A DNA stretch of 64,000 bases from Eledone cirrhosa (GCA_964016885.1 OZ024746.1:73656001-73720000); one strand, 5' to 3'. Positions 15,745-32,718 are shown, counted from the first letter of the stretch. The notes: generated from the letters alone by a model not told the origin. Translations and numbers: made by a program.

Positions 15745-15871
15745 TAAAATACAATATTTTGAAAAGGTAACAGAGAGATAGTGCGCCATCAATAAACTGG
15801 TGGTTTTTCCTTGTTTTATTGATACCGCACTATCTCTCTCTAGTGTGTTACCTTTTCAACATATTGTATTT

Positions 15872-15873
<2 letters not shown>
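15745..15873. repeat. Imperfect inverted repeat (about 55-bp arms)
   Basis: AAAATACAATAT..GAAAAGGTAAC..AGAGAGATAGTGCG..ATCAATAAA mirrored. Confidence 0.8.
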
Positions 15874-15966
<93 letters not shown>

Positions 15967-15967
15967 A

Positions 15968-16182
15968 GGAACGATCGACTTTCGTCAAATCGGACCGAGG
16001 GAACAAAGTTTCCGTTGGTCTTTCCAATTGCTAATACTATCTATCGGTCGCAACTCCAGGTAGAAGGAGCAACGTGAAATAAAGTGTCTTGCTCAAGGAC
16101 ATAACGCATCGCCTGGTCCAGGAATCGAACTCACAACCTTACGATTGTGAATCCAATTCTCTAACCACTCAGCCACACGCCT

Positions 16183-16187
<5 letters not shown>
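15968..16187 (-). mobile_element. tRNA-derived SINE
   Basis: Minus strand GTGAAGGCGTGTGGCTGAGTGG (A box), GAGTTCGATTCC (B box), GTCCTTGAGCAAGACACTT body; second copy at 45270-45488. Confidence 0.85.
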
Positions 16188-16241
<54 letters not shown>

Positions 16242-16296
16242 ATATATATATATATATATAGATATATATGTATATATATACATATGTATATATATG

Positions 16297-16327
<31 letters not shown>

Positions 16328-16382
16328 GTATATATATATATGTATATATATGTATATATATGTATATATATGTATATATATG

Positions 16383-16413
<31 letters not shown>

Positions 16414-16624
16414 GTATATATATATGTATGTATATATATATATATATATATATATTTATTAAAATAACAGATTAAAGTTTAAGCAAAGAATCGCTGCTTT
16501 CACACTTAACGGGATCTTCTGAAACTAACAAATTCAATCTGTAAACGCAGAACTGGATATTTAAAAAAACGTTGCAACCGGAGGAAGACAGGAAGACGAT
16601 ACTTTGGTTCATGGTGACGTTCGC

Positions 16625-16858
16625 TGGCAAAGAACGGGAAAAAACGAATAATACGTCATTAATAGGAGCGGTGAAAAACAATTACGTGCAAGGACAGAAC
16701 CACGTTTATGGTATAAAAGAGGTCGTAGACTAATGTTCTCTTAGGTGGTGCATAGAGACGTTCTCTGGCAATGAACGAAAAAACGAAGATAATAAGTCAT
16801 ATGTGGAGCGTGGAGAACAATAGCGTGCAAAGACAAAACCACGTAAATGGTATAGCAG
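16625..16858 (+). repeat. Two diverged ~140-bp direct repeats
   Basis: CTGGCAA.GAACG..AAAACGAA..GTGCAA.GACA.AACCACGT..ATGGTATA occurs twice. Confidence 0.6.
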
Positions 16859-17001
16859 ATATATATATATATATGTATATATATATGTATATATATATGT
16901 ATATATATATATATGTATATATATATGTATATATATATATGTATATATATATGTATATATATATGTATATATATATGTATATATATATGTATATATATAT
17001 G

Positions 17002-17213
<212 letters not shown>

Positions 17214-17217
17214 TATG

Positions 17218-17290
<73 letters not shown>

Positions 17291-17350
17291 TATAAAAAAA
17301 TTATAAAAAATAAACCAAAGAAGCCTTCAATACATCAAAAGTGTTTATTA

Positions 17351-17388
17351 GCCAACAATGTTTCGTCCTATTAAGGACTCATCAGGGC
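17351..17388 (-). ncRNA. Minimal type I hammerhead ribozyme
   Basis: gcc CTGATGA gtcc-ttaata-ggac GAAA cattg TT ggc, followed by TAATAAA. Confidence 0.85.
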
Positions 17389-17545
17389 AAGTAAAGCTAC
17401 AAGAAGCACTATCGGCCAATACAAGCCAAAAACTCAGAAGAATATGGAGTATACATCTATTAAAGCCTATGTATATATATGTTTATATGTATATAATTAC
17501 GTATGTATATATATGTATGTATATATGTGTATATATACATGTATA

Positions 17546-18120
17546 AAGTCAACATCATTGGATATCATCAGGGTTGCAGGTGTGATATCAAAGTTTTCCT
17601 TCTCCTAGAATTCTGCCTTGACAAAGGCTAAGGGGTCATCTCTCCCGGTGATTTTGGATGGCCATTGACTCTTAAGAGCTCCTTTGCCCTTTGACAGGTT
17701 TTGTTTTTAGTCCTGCAGGATGTGCAAAGTCACCCTCCTCACCAAGAAACCTTGGTGGGGTTGCCAGTTTAGTCGCCAACGACCCGCCAACGGCCAGTTT
17801 AGTCGCCAACGACTTCTTTTTGGTAAATATCATCTTGGTTAAGAGAGTGGGACTGGCTTTGTGCAGTGCCTTTGCTCACTATAAAAACTTCACGGCACAG
17901 GCATTGCTTTATATCTGGAGATCTCTCTGCACTTGTCGTCACATGGTACCATGGGCCCAGCACTATGTGTCAATAATTGTCACATGTGTAGTGTTTGTAC
18001 CAAAGTTTTCAAGTCGCTGGCCGGACTGAAAAGTCACACTCGTTCAGCGCATCGGTAGGGGTCCTCCTACATAGATATAAAGTAGTGGCCGTACTCGAAA
18101 ACGAGTTGGCAGCCACCATA
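17546..18120 (+). mobile_element. Family B element with 5' inversion
   Basis: 17546-17786 is the antisense 5' part and 17814-18120 the sense 3' part; pieces nearly contiguous in the full-length copy 62186-62797. Confidence 0.85.
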
Positions 18121-18492
18121 TACATGTATATAATTATGTATGTATATATGTATATATACATGTATACAATTATGATGACTAATAGACGACTGATAAGGGA
18201 TATTCCTGGCTTCTATTTCTAATTTTTCATTTAATTTGTATATCTATATATATATGTGTATATGTATATATATATATTTCGTTTCTGAATTTGTTTAGCA
18301 AGATTCTTTATCTGAAATCGTGTGTTGAAACCGATATTGTTATACTTAGGGAGGGTCATGTTGCCAATAAGAAACACACGCACCAGTTGCTTTCACTTCA
18401 ATTTAATTTATTATATATTTATAAATTTACAAATTTATAAATTTCTGGTTGGTTGGTTGGTTCCACAACCAGATAGTTGTTTATATATATAT

Positions 18493-18537
18493 AGTCATAG
18501 TTCTTTCGTCACACACTCTGTGACCTCTTCAGTGACT
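18493..18537 (-). ncRNA. Minimal hammerhead ribozyme (family C)
   Basis: Mirror of 18657-18701. Confidence 0.72.
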
Positions 18538-18656
18538 GGGGATTTCTTTCTTCGTTTCTGTGCCTTTCCTTTCTTCTATCCTACGCCATTTTGACACAAA
18601 CAAAATGGCGTAGGATAGAAGAAAGGAAAGGCACAGAAACGAAGAAAGAAATCCCC

Positions 18657-18701
18657 AGTCACTGAAGAGGTCACAGAGTGTGTGACGAAAGAACTATGAC
18701 T
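18657..18701 (+). ncRNA. Minimal hammerhead ribozyme (family C)
   Basis: agtca CTGAAGA g gtcaca-gagtg-tgtgac GAAA gaac TA tgact. Confidence 0.72.
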
Positions 18702-19555
18702 ATATATATATAAACAACTATCTGGTTGTGGAACCAACCAACCAACCAGAAATTTATAAATTTGTAAATTTATAAATATATAATAAATTAAATTGAAGTG
18801 AAAGCAACTGGTGCGTGTGTTTCTTATTGGCAACATGACCCTCCCTAAGTATAACAATATATATATATATATATATATGTATGTATATATGTGTATATGT
18901 ATGTACATGTATGTATATATGTATATATGTATAAAAGTATTTATTTATATGCACACATACATACACGCACACATAATATAGATAAGGGTATATAAATATA
19001 TATGTATACACTCACACACGTATAAACAACACCGAACCTTTTGTTGTCAGCTAATACATGTTTATGCTAGTTTCTCACAACACGTCTGTCTTGTCATCCA
19101 TTTTACCTATTCCTTCAAAGGTTGCCTCTTTCATAACCTCACCGCTTCCACCGCCGCGGCCGATGGAATAACTTTTCAACTTACTTCACGTCTTTTTTTT
19201 TTTCAAAGTTTTTACACTAAACACTTGACCGCCTCCCACTTTTCTTCCTCTACCCATACAGATACGCTCGCAGAAATGCATATACACATTTTCTCTCTGT
19301 CTTTCTCCCTTTCCTCCCTGCTCGTACTTGTCACAAAGTTAGTTCTAGTTGATATTTATTATTCAACCTGCAGTGTGATAAGATATTGTGTGGAAGGCAG
19401 ACTACAGTATTTCAGATTGTACATTAACCAAAATTTCAAATCCTATTAATAACTTCTAAAGTCTCCTGTCAAGCAAGTATGAACAACAACCAAATATTTT
19501 TTGTGCGATATATTTGTTTGTTCTCAAATGTTTACAAGGTATATTCGTAATATAT

Positions 19556-19638
<83 letters not shown>

Positions 19639-19881
19639 TTTACATACATAATATATATATATGTATGTGTGTGTTTGTGTGTGTGTAATATATATATATA
19701 TATATATATAATATATTTTACATACATAATATATATATGTATGTGTGTGTTTGTGTGTGTGTAATATATATATATATATATAATGTGTGTATTTGCAGTT
19801 ACTTCAACGTCAGCTTTAACGTCATAGTTTCTAACATTTTCTATGAATTTCATAATCCTTCAGTGCTTCGAAAGTTTGATG

Positions 19882-19975
<94 letters not shown>

Positions 19976-20584
19976 TTGTTTCTACGTTTTGCACAAGGCC
20001 AGCAATTATCCCAGTACATTTCTGGTACTTTATAAGATCGACCTCGTGTATTCTCTTCGGTGACAAATAGACAAGTAAAGTTATTTTTATTTTCGAAACG
20101 TCGTTTCGGCGCATATATAAAAAAAATGTATATATAAATATTTGATGTTTACCATATACATACTCATGTGCTTTACACATTTACCAAAACATCCACCCAC
20201 GAATATACCCGTCTGTCTGTCTCAGTAATACGATATTATGTGAGTCACATTTTTTGCTTGTTTTTCGATTTAAAACCCTCTGAATGGGAGTTTTTGCCTA
20301 CTAATTGCTTAGATAATCTAAGCTGGACAAAGTTATGAACTCCCTATACATGTGCTAGACACTACTGTTCATATGTTATCTTTTCCATTAGTAATATTGT
20401 TATTTTTAATCCGCTTCACTACATTCCATCTACTTCTCTTTCCCTCCCTCATTCTTTCCCACTCTCGTCTATGTGTAAATGAATCGATATGCATATATGT
20501 CTTCCTCTATTTGAATTGGTATTTGTATGTAGCTGTATGTATGCATGTATAAATGTAATCTAGCGAAACCAGGTAATTCCTGTT

Positions 20585-20700
20585 GCTGCTTCTTCTTCTT
20601 GAGAGGGTCGTGCGGGCAGAGTCCTCAAACACTCCCTCCAGCTGGTCCTGTCAGAAGCAACCATTTCCAACTGATCCAGCTAGATCCCCAAAAGTCGATT
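20585..20700 (-). mobile_element. RTE-type LINE 3' tip
   Basis: Minus strand reads [21 protein letters not shown], then a (GAA)n-like tail. Confidence 0.55.
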
Positions 20701-20787
20701 ACCAGCACTTTGGAGATTGGATTAGTTGATAGCACACAAAAAAAAAACGAGGGAAAAAAAATTGATATATGTATATATATATATATG

Positions 20788-20940
<153 letters not shown>

Positions 20941-20950
20941 GTATATATAT

Positions 20951-21525
20951 ATAAAAATTGATGAGCAGAACAAACAAACATTAAACAATCCTTTAAATAA
21001 ATTAAAAAATAATTTAAATATCTACCTGCTCATAATGCTATTACCGGCGGTTTCCATCCACAAAAGATTGGAAATTCGGAGAATTTCCAACGGAAAGTGA
21101 TTTCTTCTATAATATTCCCGCTTGCTCTAGTGGCCAGGTCACGTACGGGTCACTTTAATGGCTATAGCCTATACGTGCTGGTAGTTAGCATTATATTTGC
21201 TGACCGTGGGACAAATGTCCTATAGAATGGAAATAGCTATCTGAAGAAATCTACTTTCCGTTGGAAATCTACTTTCCGTTGGAAATTCTCCGAATTTCCA
21301 ATCGTTTGTGGATGGAAACTGCCGGTAATAGCATTATGAACAGGTAGATATTTAAATTATTTTTTAATTTATTTAAAGGATTGTTTAATGTTTGTTTGTT
21401 CTGCTCATCAATTTTTATAGTTCTGGTATCTCGAATTAGTACCATAGAACAACAAATATATTGTAGACACCCTATATATCTCAGTGTGTACTTAGTGCTC
21501 AATGAGATATTTACCTCATTTTTAT
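20951..21525. repeat. Fold-back inverted repeat (family D) between TA tracts
   Basis: 20951-21098 is the inverse of 21270-21418; 18-bp tandem duplication at junction 21246-21285. Confidence 0.88.
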
Positions 21526-21554
21526 ATGTATATATATATATGTATATATATATG

Positions 21555-21958
<404 letters not shown>

Positions 21959-22099
21959 TACACTCCGGAATACTGAAGGATCAGGAACTAAGTTTCTTCA
22001 AAAATTCTTCCATAACTCGTAGAGTAACCTCTTACCGTACGTCAACCATATCCAGTGTAGTAATTAACCATCACTACATCTTGGATAATCCTATACCTA

Positions 22100-22165
<66 letters not shown>

Positions 22166-22169
<4 letters not shown>

Positions 22170-24175
22170 ATCTAAGGCGGGTAAAATTCCCGAGATCCAT
22201 GGACGAGTTCTCTCCAGCGGTCTCTGTCCCTCATTATCGCTGCCATATCCTGCATCTCCAACAGACCAGTGTCTGTCCTTAGGGCATCAACATATGTTAA
22301 CCTTGGTCTTCCTCTTCTAGTGTGTCCATGTAGGGGCTCCCAAAGGAGCACTGAGTGCAATGTCAACTCTGGATGTCGGTGAGCATGTCCAGCCAACCTC
22401 AGTCTTCTCTGTGTCACTTTTGAGCTGACTTTTGGGATGCTCCCATACAGCTCTGAGTTTTTCATCCTCAGTGTATACTGATTAATGTTCAGAGCCATCC
22501 TCAGCATTCTCGTGTAGCACCCATCCACCATCTGAGTGAGTCTCTTGGTCAGTGTCCAAGTCTCAGACCCATACAGCAGCACAGACTCCACTACAGCAAT
22601 GAAGAGGCGGATTTTCAGGTCTCTACGAAGGTCCGACTTCCACACCGACCTCAAGCTGTGACACGCCGCCCAGGCCTTGCTCTTCCTCTCAACCACATCA
22701 TCCTCCGTATTCCCAATCTTTGCTCCCAAATACAGGAAGTCCTCAACCAATTCCAGCGGTTTCCCGCCTACATTAGTGATCCCCTCTGGCTTCTCAACAT
22801 TCTCTACCAGATATTTTGTTTTAGTCTCATTCATTCTCAGCCCCAGACTCATCGACACAGTCTCAACCTCCCGCATCAAATCCTCTGCCTCCTTCACTGT
22901 ATTTGTCACCAAAACTATGTCGTCGGCAAATTCAGCATCCGATACCTTTTTCGCCCCAACTCTCCTGCTCTGAGCCGGTGCTACAGTAAAGCCAGAGTCC
23001 TGGTGTTTCTCCAGTGCAAGGCGCATACAATAGTCCACTACGATGATAAAAAGGTAGGGAGCCAATGTATCTCCCTGGAGCACTCCAGCCAGTATCTCAA
23101 AGAACTCTGTCATCCCATCAGGTGTAATGACTTGGGCTTTGGTGTTGGTGTAGAGCAGTGATATCAGGTCCACTATCCTCTTGGGGATTCCATAAGCCTG
23201 TAAGATCTTCATCAGGCAGTAACGGTCCACAGAATCAAAGGCCTTCCTAAAGTCAATGAAAACCATGACCGCAGGAAGGCACTTTGCTCTAGCTCCCTCT
23301 AATATCCTCCTCAGCATCAGGATGTGACTGGTGGTTGATCTACCCTCTCTGAAGCCGTTCTGGTTGTCCCTGAGCTTCTTCTCCATCTCAGGCTGGATCC
23401 TGTTAAGAATCATCCTGTTGAGGGTCTTTGCCACAAGTGACGTCAGTGAGATCCCCCGGTAGTTGTTGGTGTTAGAGAGATCTCCCTTCTTTGGCACTGG
23501 GACGATGTTACTGATCCTCCACTGATTCGGGGCAACTCCTTTCTCCAGTGCCCCGTTACAGAACCCCAGGATGATATCATCAAAATCACACCTCTTCATC
23601 ACCTCTGATGCCACTCCATCCTCTCCATGAGCCTTGCCCTCCTTGATCTTCTTCTTGGCTCTCTGAAGCTCCTCTCTGGTGAAGGGCTCTGTCTCAACAT
23701 CCAGTTCCTCAAACAGCCGCCTGATCTCCCCAGTGCTCTGGGCTGTGGAGGGTGGCTCTCCTAGTAGGGTCCTAAAATGGTCTAGCCATTTCCTCTTCCT
23801 ATCCTCGGGCCCCGTTCCCTGGATCTGACTCGAACACCTTTTCTTCCTCCCTGTGATCTCGTTGATGATCATCCAGCTCTCCTTACATCCAGATCTGTCA
23901 ACCGCTCTCCACACTTCTGATCTTCTCTATCAGTGCCTCCTCTCTGACCTCAGTGTAAGCGGTACAGAGCTCTTCCCTCATCACCTCCACAGTCTCCATC
24001 CTCTCCTCCGTAGGATCAGCATAGAATTGGTCCCTGGCAGCTTTCAGGTGTTCTCTGGCTGCACACACTTTTGGGTTTGCAGAGCTGACGTGCTTCCCTT
24101 TGTTCTTTTTCCTCAGCACCAGGGTTTCATTTGCTTTCGCCACTGCATTGGTGAAGTGCCCGTACCTCCTCGTCA
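22166..24175 (-). mobile_element. 5'-truncated RTE-clade LINE in (TA)n
   Basis: RT ORF plus frameshifted upstream segment; 3' tail TAGATAGATATA; both ends abut TA. Confidence 0.92.
22172..23914 (-). CDS. RTE reverse transcriptase (partial, 580 aa)
   Basis: [67 protein letters not shown]. Confidence 0.92.
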   Translation of the reverse strand: MWRAVDRSGCKESWMIINEITGRKKRCSSQIQGTGPEDRKRKWLDHFRTLLGEPPSTAQSTGEIRRLFEELDVETEPFTREELQRAKKKIKEGKAHGEDGVASEVMKRCDFDDIILGFCNGALEKGVAPNQWRISNIVPVPKKGDLSNTNNYRGISLTSLVAKTLNRMILNRIQPEMEKKLRDNQNGFREGRSTTSHILMLRRILEGARAKCLPAVMVFIDFRKAFDSVDRYCLMKILQAYGIPKRIVDLISLLYTNTKAQVITPDGMTEFFEILAGVLQGDTLAPYLFIIVVDYCMRLALEKHQDSGFTVAPAQSRRVGAKKVSDAEFADDIVLVTNTVKEAEDLMREVETVSMSLGLRMNETKTKYLVENVEKPEGITNVGGKPLELVEDFLYLGAKIGNTEDDVVERKSKAWAACHSLRSVWKSDLRRDLKIRLFIAVVESVLLYGSETWTLTKRLTQMVDGCYTRMLRMALNINQYTLRMKNSELYGSIPKVSSKVTQRRLRLAGHAHRHPELTLHSVLLWEPLHGHTRRGRPRLTYVDALRTDTGLLEMQDMAAIMRDRDRWRELVHGSREFYPP

Positions 24176-25367
<1,192 letters not shown>

Positions 25368-25372
<5 letters not shown>

Positions 25373-25945
25373 GGAAATTTCATTTCCCACTCTTAGTACG
25401 GCTGTTACTTAAATATAAGTATGTACACGTACATACATAATTGTATACAGACGTACAGTAGTATGTATATATATATACATACATGCACACACATATATAT
25501 ATATATGTACGTATGGATTCACCGAACATTTATTATAATGCTCGGTGTGTTTGTAAACAAACATCCCGTATTAAGCCGTAGTGTCTAGCAACCATCGTTG
25601 CTCGTTTGTTCAACACTGACAAAGGAACGCTGTACTCGTTTCAAGCTTATTAGCTATCATCAGCAACGTATACCTTCCTGCCAGATTGTTGAACGTATAT
25701 ACTTACCTTATGCATATTAACGGCTGAGTAGCCCAATTTGAATATCGAGTGGGTTAATCGGCTGGGTGCACCGAAAACGATAAACGGAAAAAATGAAACG
25801 AAATTTCATTTCCCACTCTTAGTACGGCTGTTACTTAAATATAAGTATGTACACGTACATACATATATGTATACAGACGTACAGTATTATGTATATATAT
25901 ATATACATACATGCACACATATATATATGTACATATGGATTCACC
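25368..25945 (-). mobile_element. Family E hammerhead element, about 1.4 tandem monomers of ~420 bp
   Basis: AAATTTCATTTCCCACTCTTAGTACGG repeats at about 25375 and 25801. Confidence 0.85.
25627..25669 (-). ncRNA. Minimal hammerhead ribozyme (family E)
   Basis: acgttg CTGATGA t agct-aata-agct t GAAA cgag TA cagcgt. Confidence 0.8.
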
Positions 25946-25978
25946 TCGGTTATTTTTCATTTCGTAAAAAAACCTCAC

Positions 25979-26049
<71 letters not shown>

Positions 26050-26053
<4 letters not shown>

Positions 26054-26730
26054 AACTATTTACGTACATATATTACGCACACATATTACATTACATAAAA
26101 ACAAACTTAAACAGTAACTAATTCCTCTAAATTCATAACTCATCCACTCTTCTACTTCTTTTCACATTATATCCTTAATAACATTAATATTTTTATTTTA
26201 ATAATATATATTAATAATTCCTTTTCCACGCACATATTATTAAACCCTTCAATATACAAACCTTAATTTAATATTATTCTTAACCCCTTTTTCTCTTCAT
26301 CAACTTTTAATTTCAAATTCTTTTAAATTATCTATTATCTTCCAAAGGCTTTTTAACTTCTCTCTGTGAGACAATATATATTTTTTCTCAGTTGTAAAGG
26401 CTATCTCTCTCTCTCTATCACCCATCTCTCCTCCTCTCTCACCCTTCCTTCTTATACTCCTCCCCCACCATTCTTTACTCTCATCTCCTCCTCTTCCTTA
26501 CCTTTTCCACCCGCCTCACTTTTTCCCAATCTCACACATCAACCTTAAATTATTTTTCATATGTTGATTTAAAACTTCACTATTCACAAGTGTTTTTTAA
26601 GCTTCATATCATGTATCCCTATTTTATCTGATGAAAACGCAGATATCATCCTAAGATGATATTTGTTTTTGAAATGCGCATAATAAAATACTTGGAACTC
26701 TTTTAACCATCTTTTGATCTTATATTATAT
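26050..26730 (+). mobile_element. Diverged family A copy
   Basis: 26340-26730 aligns with 46515-46862; left boundary approximate. Confidence 0.75.
26621..26689 (+). ncRNA. Minimal hammerhead ribozyme (family A variant)
   Basis: attttat CTGATGA aaacgcagatatcatc-ctaa-gatgatatttgttttt GAAA tgcgca TA ataaaat; stem II changes keep pairing. Confidence 0.83.
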
Positions 26731-26788
26731 ATATATATATATAGTGACGAAACATAAGTCAATTGCATGAACTCATAATCCTTTATTT

Positions 26789-26844
26789 ACTGCTATATAT
26801 ATTTCGATGATAGCCATTGAATGGCTATGACCTCATCAGGCAGT
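26789..26844 (-). ncRNA. Minimal hammerhead ribozyme
   Basis: actgc CTGATGA ggtcatagccat-tca-atggctatcatc GAAA tatata TA gcagt, then AAATAAA. Confidence 0.83.
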
Positions 26845-27170
26845 TAGTCAGTTCTTAGATATGCCAGCTCTGTGTTTATGGTGTTGATGGTATCAGAGCG
26901 TTAGGACATATGAGCTTGTTAGGAATAATTTAATGTTGTCAGCAGGAATAATCGTAATTCTTATTGGTCAGTTTGTAGATGCTAGTAGGGTTGGTATTTG
27001 ACCTCAAAGCGGCAGGTGGTGTTGTAAAGTTCAAACCGTCAGCATTCCTGGTCAGATATATATTCAATTGAGGTTTATAGTATGAAATTCGATACTACAG
27101 GTCATTCTTAAATTGAGGAATTTATGTGGGGTGGTACTACTGAAAATTATGGTTGGAGTAAAATATTAGA

Positions 27171-27201
<31 letters not shown>

Positions 27202-27299
27202 GAATATTTGCTCTACGGTTCTTATATATTTGATATATATTTATCCTTCTCGAGCCCTCTTTGGATTTTGGTCTTCAAATTTATTTTTATTGCTATATA

Positions 27300-27970
<671 letters not shown>

Positions 27971-28141
27971 TATACACATATGCATACAGGTACACATACA
28001 TATATGCACGCATCAGTTTAGCCGACGTTTATTATAACGCCTGCTTTGTTCGTTTGTTTGTCAACAAATCGAACAGCCTGAATTTATGCCATACAGTGTT
28101 AAGGCAACCACGTCACCATTTTGTTCAACACTGACACAGGA

Positions 28142-28184
28142 ACGATGTACTAGTTTCAAGCTTGTTAGCTATCATCAGCACCGT
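28142..28184 (-). ncRNA. Minimal hammerhead ribozyme (Penelope pLTR)
   Basis: acggtg CTGATGA t agct-aaca-agct t GAAA ctag TA catcgt. Confidence 0.85.
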
Positions 28185-28285
28185 TTACCCATCTGCCAGA
28201 TAGTTGAACGTTCGAAAGTATATACTTTCCTTATGAAAATTAACGGCTGAGCAGCCTAATTTGCATATTGAGTGAGTTAAATCGG

Positions 28286-28705
28286 TCAGGCATACCGAAA
28301 ACGATAAGTTGAAAAAAATGTTGCAAACACTTCAGATTTTTTGTTAAGTAGGTTACGGTTAGAGAAGATAATATTGTGGGTCTCTAGTATACAGAGGTTA
28401 CAAAATTTATTAGGTGGTTTGTACGAAGTCGCGCTGCCTATCACTTCCCATTTGAGTGTGTATGGTTTATTTTTAGTTTTTAGATAGTGTATGTAGCTAG
28501 ATAGTGAGGTGGAGTTGGCTAGGCTGTGCTTTTTGAACGAGTGGATGTGCGAATTATATCTGATTTTGAAGCAGTTAGAAGTGGAGCCTACATAGGTTTC
28601 TGAAGAGTTGCTAGTTGTGACGGTGCATGAGTATATGATATCCTTGGTTAGGCATTTTTTTATCTAAAGGGCAGGTTCTATTAGCTCTACAGTTACAATT
28701 AGCTA
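28286..28705 (-). pseudogene. Penelope-like GIY-YIG endonuclease (1-bp frameshift in an A run near 28655)
   Basis: Manual translation: CNCRANRTCPLDKK/CLTKDIIYSCTVTTSNSSETYVGSTSNCFKIRYNSHIHSF..TSLSSYIHYLK..LKWEVI..YKPPNKFCNLCILETHNII..LLNKKSE; second frame not in the ORF track. Confidence 0.88.
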
Positions 28706-29425
28706 TGAAAATGTCGAAGTACATGAAGTCCATATCATCCCTTCGCTGTGCATTTCCAATACTTTTAATATTTTTAATATTTTTAATGCTTGCACTATTT
28801 TTAATGCTTATATCATTTCTCCACACACAGACTATAACAATCATATAAAGAATTTGCCACCAGATCAACCAACCTAACACTCTTGTTTACCTACCTAAGT
28901 GCTTATACTACACGTAACTCTCTGCCACACTATATAAACAAGACGCACGTGCTTGCCACACATAACATTTGCACTATATAACCGCTTATTCTCATGTATT
29001 TTAACCTGTATTTTTGATTTTTGATTGTACCTTTTAATATGAATGTAATCTCTAAGTGGGTACTGCCACTCTAAATGCTGTAATGAATGTTGACCCACAA
29101 TATTTGCATATGTATCTGTATGTCTCTTGGGTGAAAAGGAGGTCATATAACTGTCCATTCATTAATAAATTGGTCCGAAGAATCCAAACCTCGGTTTGGA
29201 GGAAACAGTTGTAAGCACAAAAATGTTTTGAACAGTTCTTTGATTCTTATATTTCATATAACTGCTCTGTAAATCATCTGATGTTTTTACATTGAGCTAC
29301 TTAACTTACTGGTAATAAGGTAGTAATATATTACTGCCTACCACTATTTAGGGTTTGTATAAAAAAATATATATAACTGCAAAAGGTTTTTGTATTTACA
29401 TAACCATAAATAGTATAATTAATAC
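28703..29425 (+). mobile_element. Family F hammerhead element
   Basis: Inverse of 39288-40003, about 90% similar by eye; ends in (TA)n. Confidence 0.85.
29171..29217 (+). ncRNA. Hammerhead-like motif (family F, CCGAAGA core variant)
   Basis: tggt CCGAAGA a tccaaac-ctcg-gtttgga g GAAA cagttg TA agca. Confidence 0.6.
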
Positions 29426-30218
<793 letters not shown>

Positions 30219-30306
30219 ATATGTATGTATATATATGTATATATATGTATATATATGTATATATATGTATATATATGTATATATATGAATGAATATATAT
30301 ATATAA

Positions 30307-30394
<88 letters not shown>

Positions 30395-30410
30395 GTATAT
30401 ATATATGTAT

Positions 30411-30464
<54 letters not shown>

Positions 30465-30599
30465 GTTTGTATATATATGTATATATATATATGTATGTAT
30501 ATATATATGTATGTATATATATGTATATATATATATATATGTATGTATATATATGTATATATATGTATATATATGTATGTATATATATGTATATATATA

Positions 30600-32497
30600 A
30601 GTAAGATGTATGGTAGGTCGTATGTGAATCGCGATGATCACGTCTGACCTACCAAATATGTGACGGTAGCTAGTTAAGCTCTATGCGTATACGCAGAGCA
30701 GAAATATTAGTGAAAAAGAACAAAGGAACTATTATGACATTATAACAAGTTTATTGCCGACAGCCGTTTCGTCCGACCACATGGTGGGAATTTTCAAGGC
30801 ATATAACATGTGATTGTAAGATCATTATTTACATCAACGTATCACTCAAGGCTAGCAGTTTGAAATTGTGGTATACATCAGCAACTCCGCTTGTATAGTT
30901 GGGGGTCTATATTCTAAGGGGGCTCTTTTATATTAGTTGTCGGGGTCAGGGATTGAAGTTTAAAAATTAGATAATATATAATTTACGCATTAACAGTAAA
31001 CTAAAAGACTTGGGGTCCCGTAGAAGCACCTTAGAAAATCCCTCAATAAGTGCATAAAGCTTACAGGCTCCAATAAACCTACTAAACTAGAAGAAATTAA
31101 GAGGCTAATAAAATAAAAAATAAAAATATAAAGTTTCCCTAAAAAATATATAAAGTTTCCTATGAAATTCCTTCTAGAGAAAAAAATTTTTTTCCGAAAG
31201 AAAAAAACTTTCTTCCCCCGAGATCACGTTTACAAATTTCAGAAAACTTACGAAGTTTTGATATTCCCTACTAAGTTGAAAGAAACTAATCAATTAAAGG
31301 TTAATTCAAAGAGCCTTCTATAATTCTCTCAGAACAGGCCCCTTTAATATTTTTAATAGGAACTTCTTCCGAGAGACCCTTCGAAGAATTAAAATTTTAG
31401 AGAGCCTTTAAGTATATATATAAAGACGAATTGAGGAAAATTATACATTAAAAGTTAAAAATTACGGTATTTGGGATATCCGAAGAATTTTCAAAGGTCT
31501 GCTTCAACAGATACAACTTAGGCATAATAGATACAATAATTTAAGTAATTTAAGTAATTTAATTAGGGAGCAATTCAAGGCAAGGAGTTTATCAAGTTGG
31601 GCAAGATTAAAGAAAGTGGTAAATAAGAAAATACATACGCAAAAAGACAATAATTATAAAATGTATTTTTAAGAAGGTATAAGGTAGCTTCAGTAATCTA
31701 ACAATGTATTATCGCAAAAAATTATTATAAAATTATTGATACAGGATTAACAAAGACATAATAATATATATTCCTGCCTAATTAACAAGTAATCAAAACA
31801 CTATTAACAGTCAGGCAAAATTAGCTCAGGGATATCCCGCGCTCGGATACTTTACACACATACAGCAACACATAGGATTAGCACAGACATAATGGTATAT
31901 TCCTGCCTAATTAACAAACAATCGATTAACAATTGATGGTCAAAAAAATGTACTCAGGGATATCCCGCGCACGGATAATTACATACATACAACAGGATGA
32001 ACAGTACTGGTGACCGTGTGGGCGCGATATCCATTATGCGTATGTAGTTATCTGCATAGCTCCAGGCACGATATCCATTATGCGTATGTAGTCATCTGCA
32101 TAGCTCCAGGCACAACTGGTCTTGTTTAAAAGTTCATAGTTCACGGATCAACTGGGATTCACTATCAGCTGCGTGGACTCTCTGGGAGATGTACCTGCGG
32201 ATCTAATAGCTAGTGGTTGCTGGATGTGGTCTGTTCGATCTTTTAGTTTCAGGGGTTGTACGCTTTCGCGATAGACCAGCCTGCCGGTTCTAAGTCCAAG
32301 GTCTCGCTACATAGGATGTATTGGTCCACATGCTATACTGTTAAAAAAACCAGTGTGGATTTGACTGGGGTGGTATATTACGAACTCCAAGCCCACACGC
32401 GACTGGTCAAAAGCGAAGGGTTGTCCCCTCTTTGTTTGCTGTATGGGTCGGTCCCAGCTTAGATGGTGGTCGTGTTATCCATATTCCGTCAGCCCTG
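30600..32497 (-). mobile_element. TA-flanked ~1.9-kb element with 3' hammerhead and internal tandem repeats (probably decayed Penelope-like)
   Basis: Hammerhead at 30755-30801; repeats at about 31742-31995 (2x ~130 bp) and 32026-32112 (2x 44 bp); no intact ORF. Confidence 0.5.
30755..30801 (-). ncRNA. Minimal hammerhead ribozyme, C3U/G8A core variant
   Basis: tgcc TTGAAAA ttcccacca-tg-tggtcggac GAAA cggctg TC ggca, overlapping AATAAA. Confidence 0.72.
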
Positions 32498-32612
<115 letters not shown>

Positions 32613-32718
32613 GCATATATATGTATATATGTATATATATATATATCAGGTTATGTAACTGTTATAGAAACACGTGTCAATAAATTCCTTTCAACTAAAC
32701 TGTATCCATTCAAATCTT

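Larger units (their letters stand above)
18277..18860. mobile_element. Family C element as perfect ~258-bp fold-back with 7-nt spacer
   Basis: 18336-18593 is the inverse of 18601-18858; spacer ACACAAA. Confidence 0.92.

Noticed and set aside
15968-16187. tRNA gene
   Set aside because: A and B boxes are followed by a SINE body and occur in multiple copies; no complete cloverleaf
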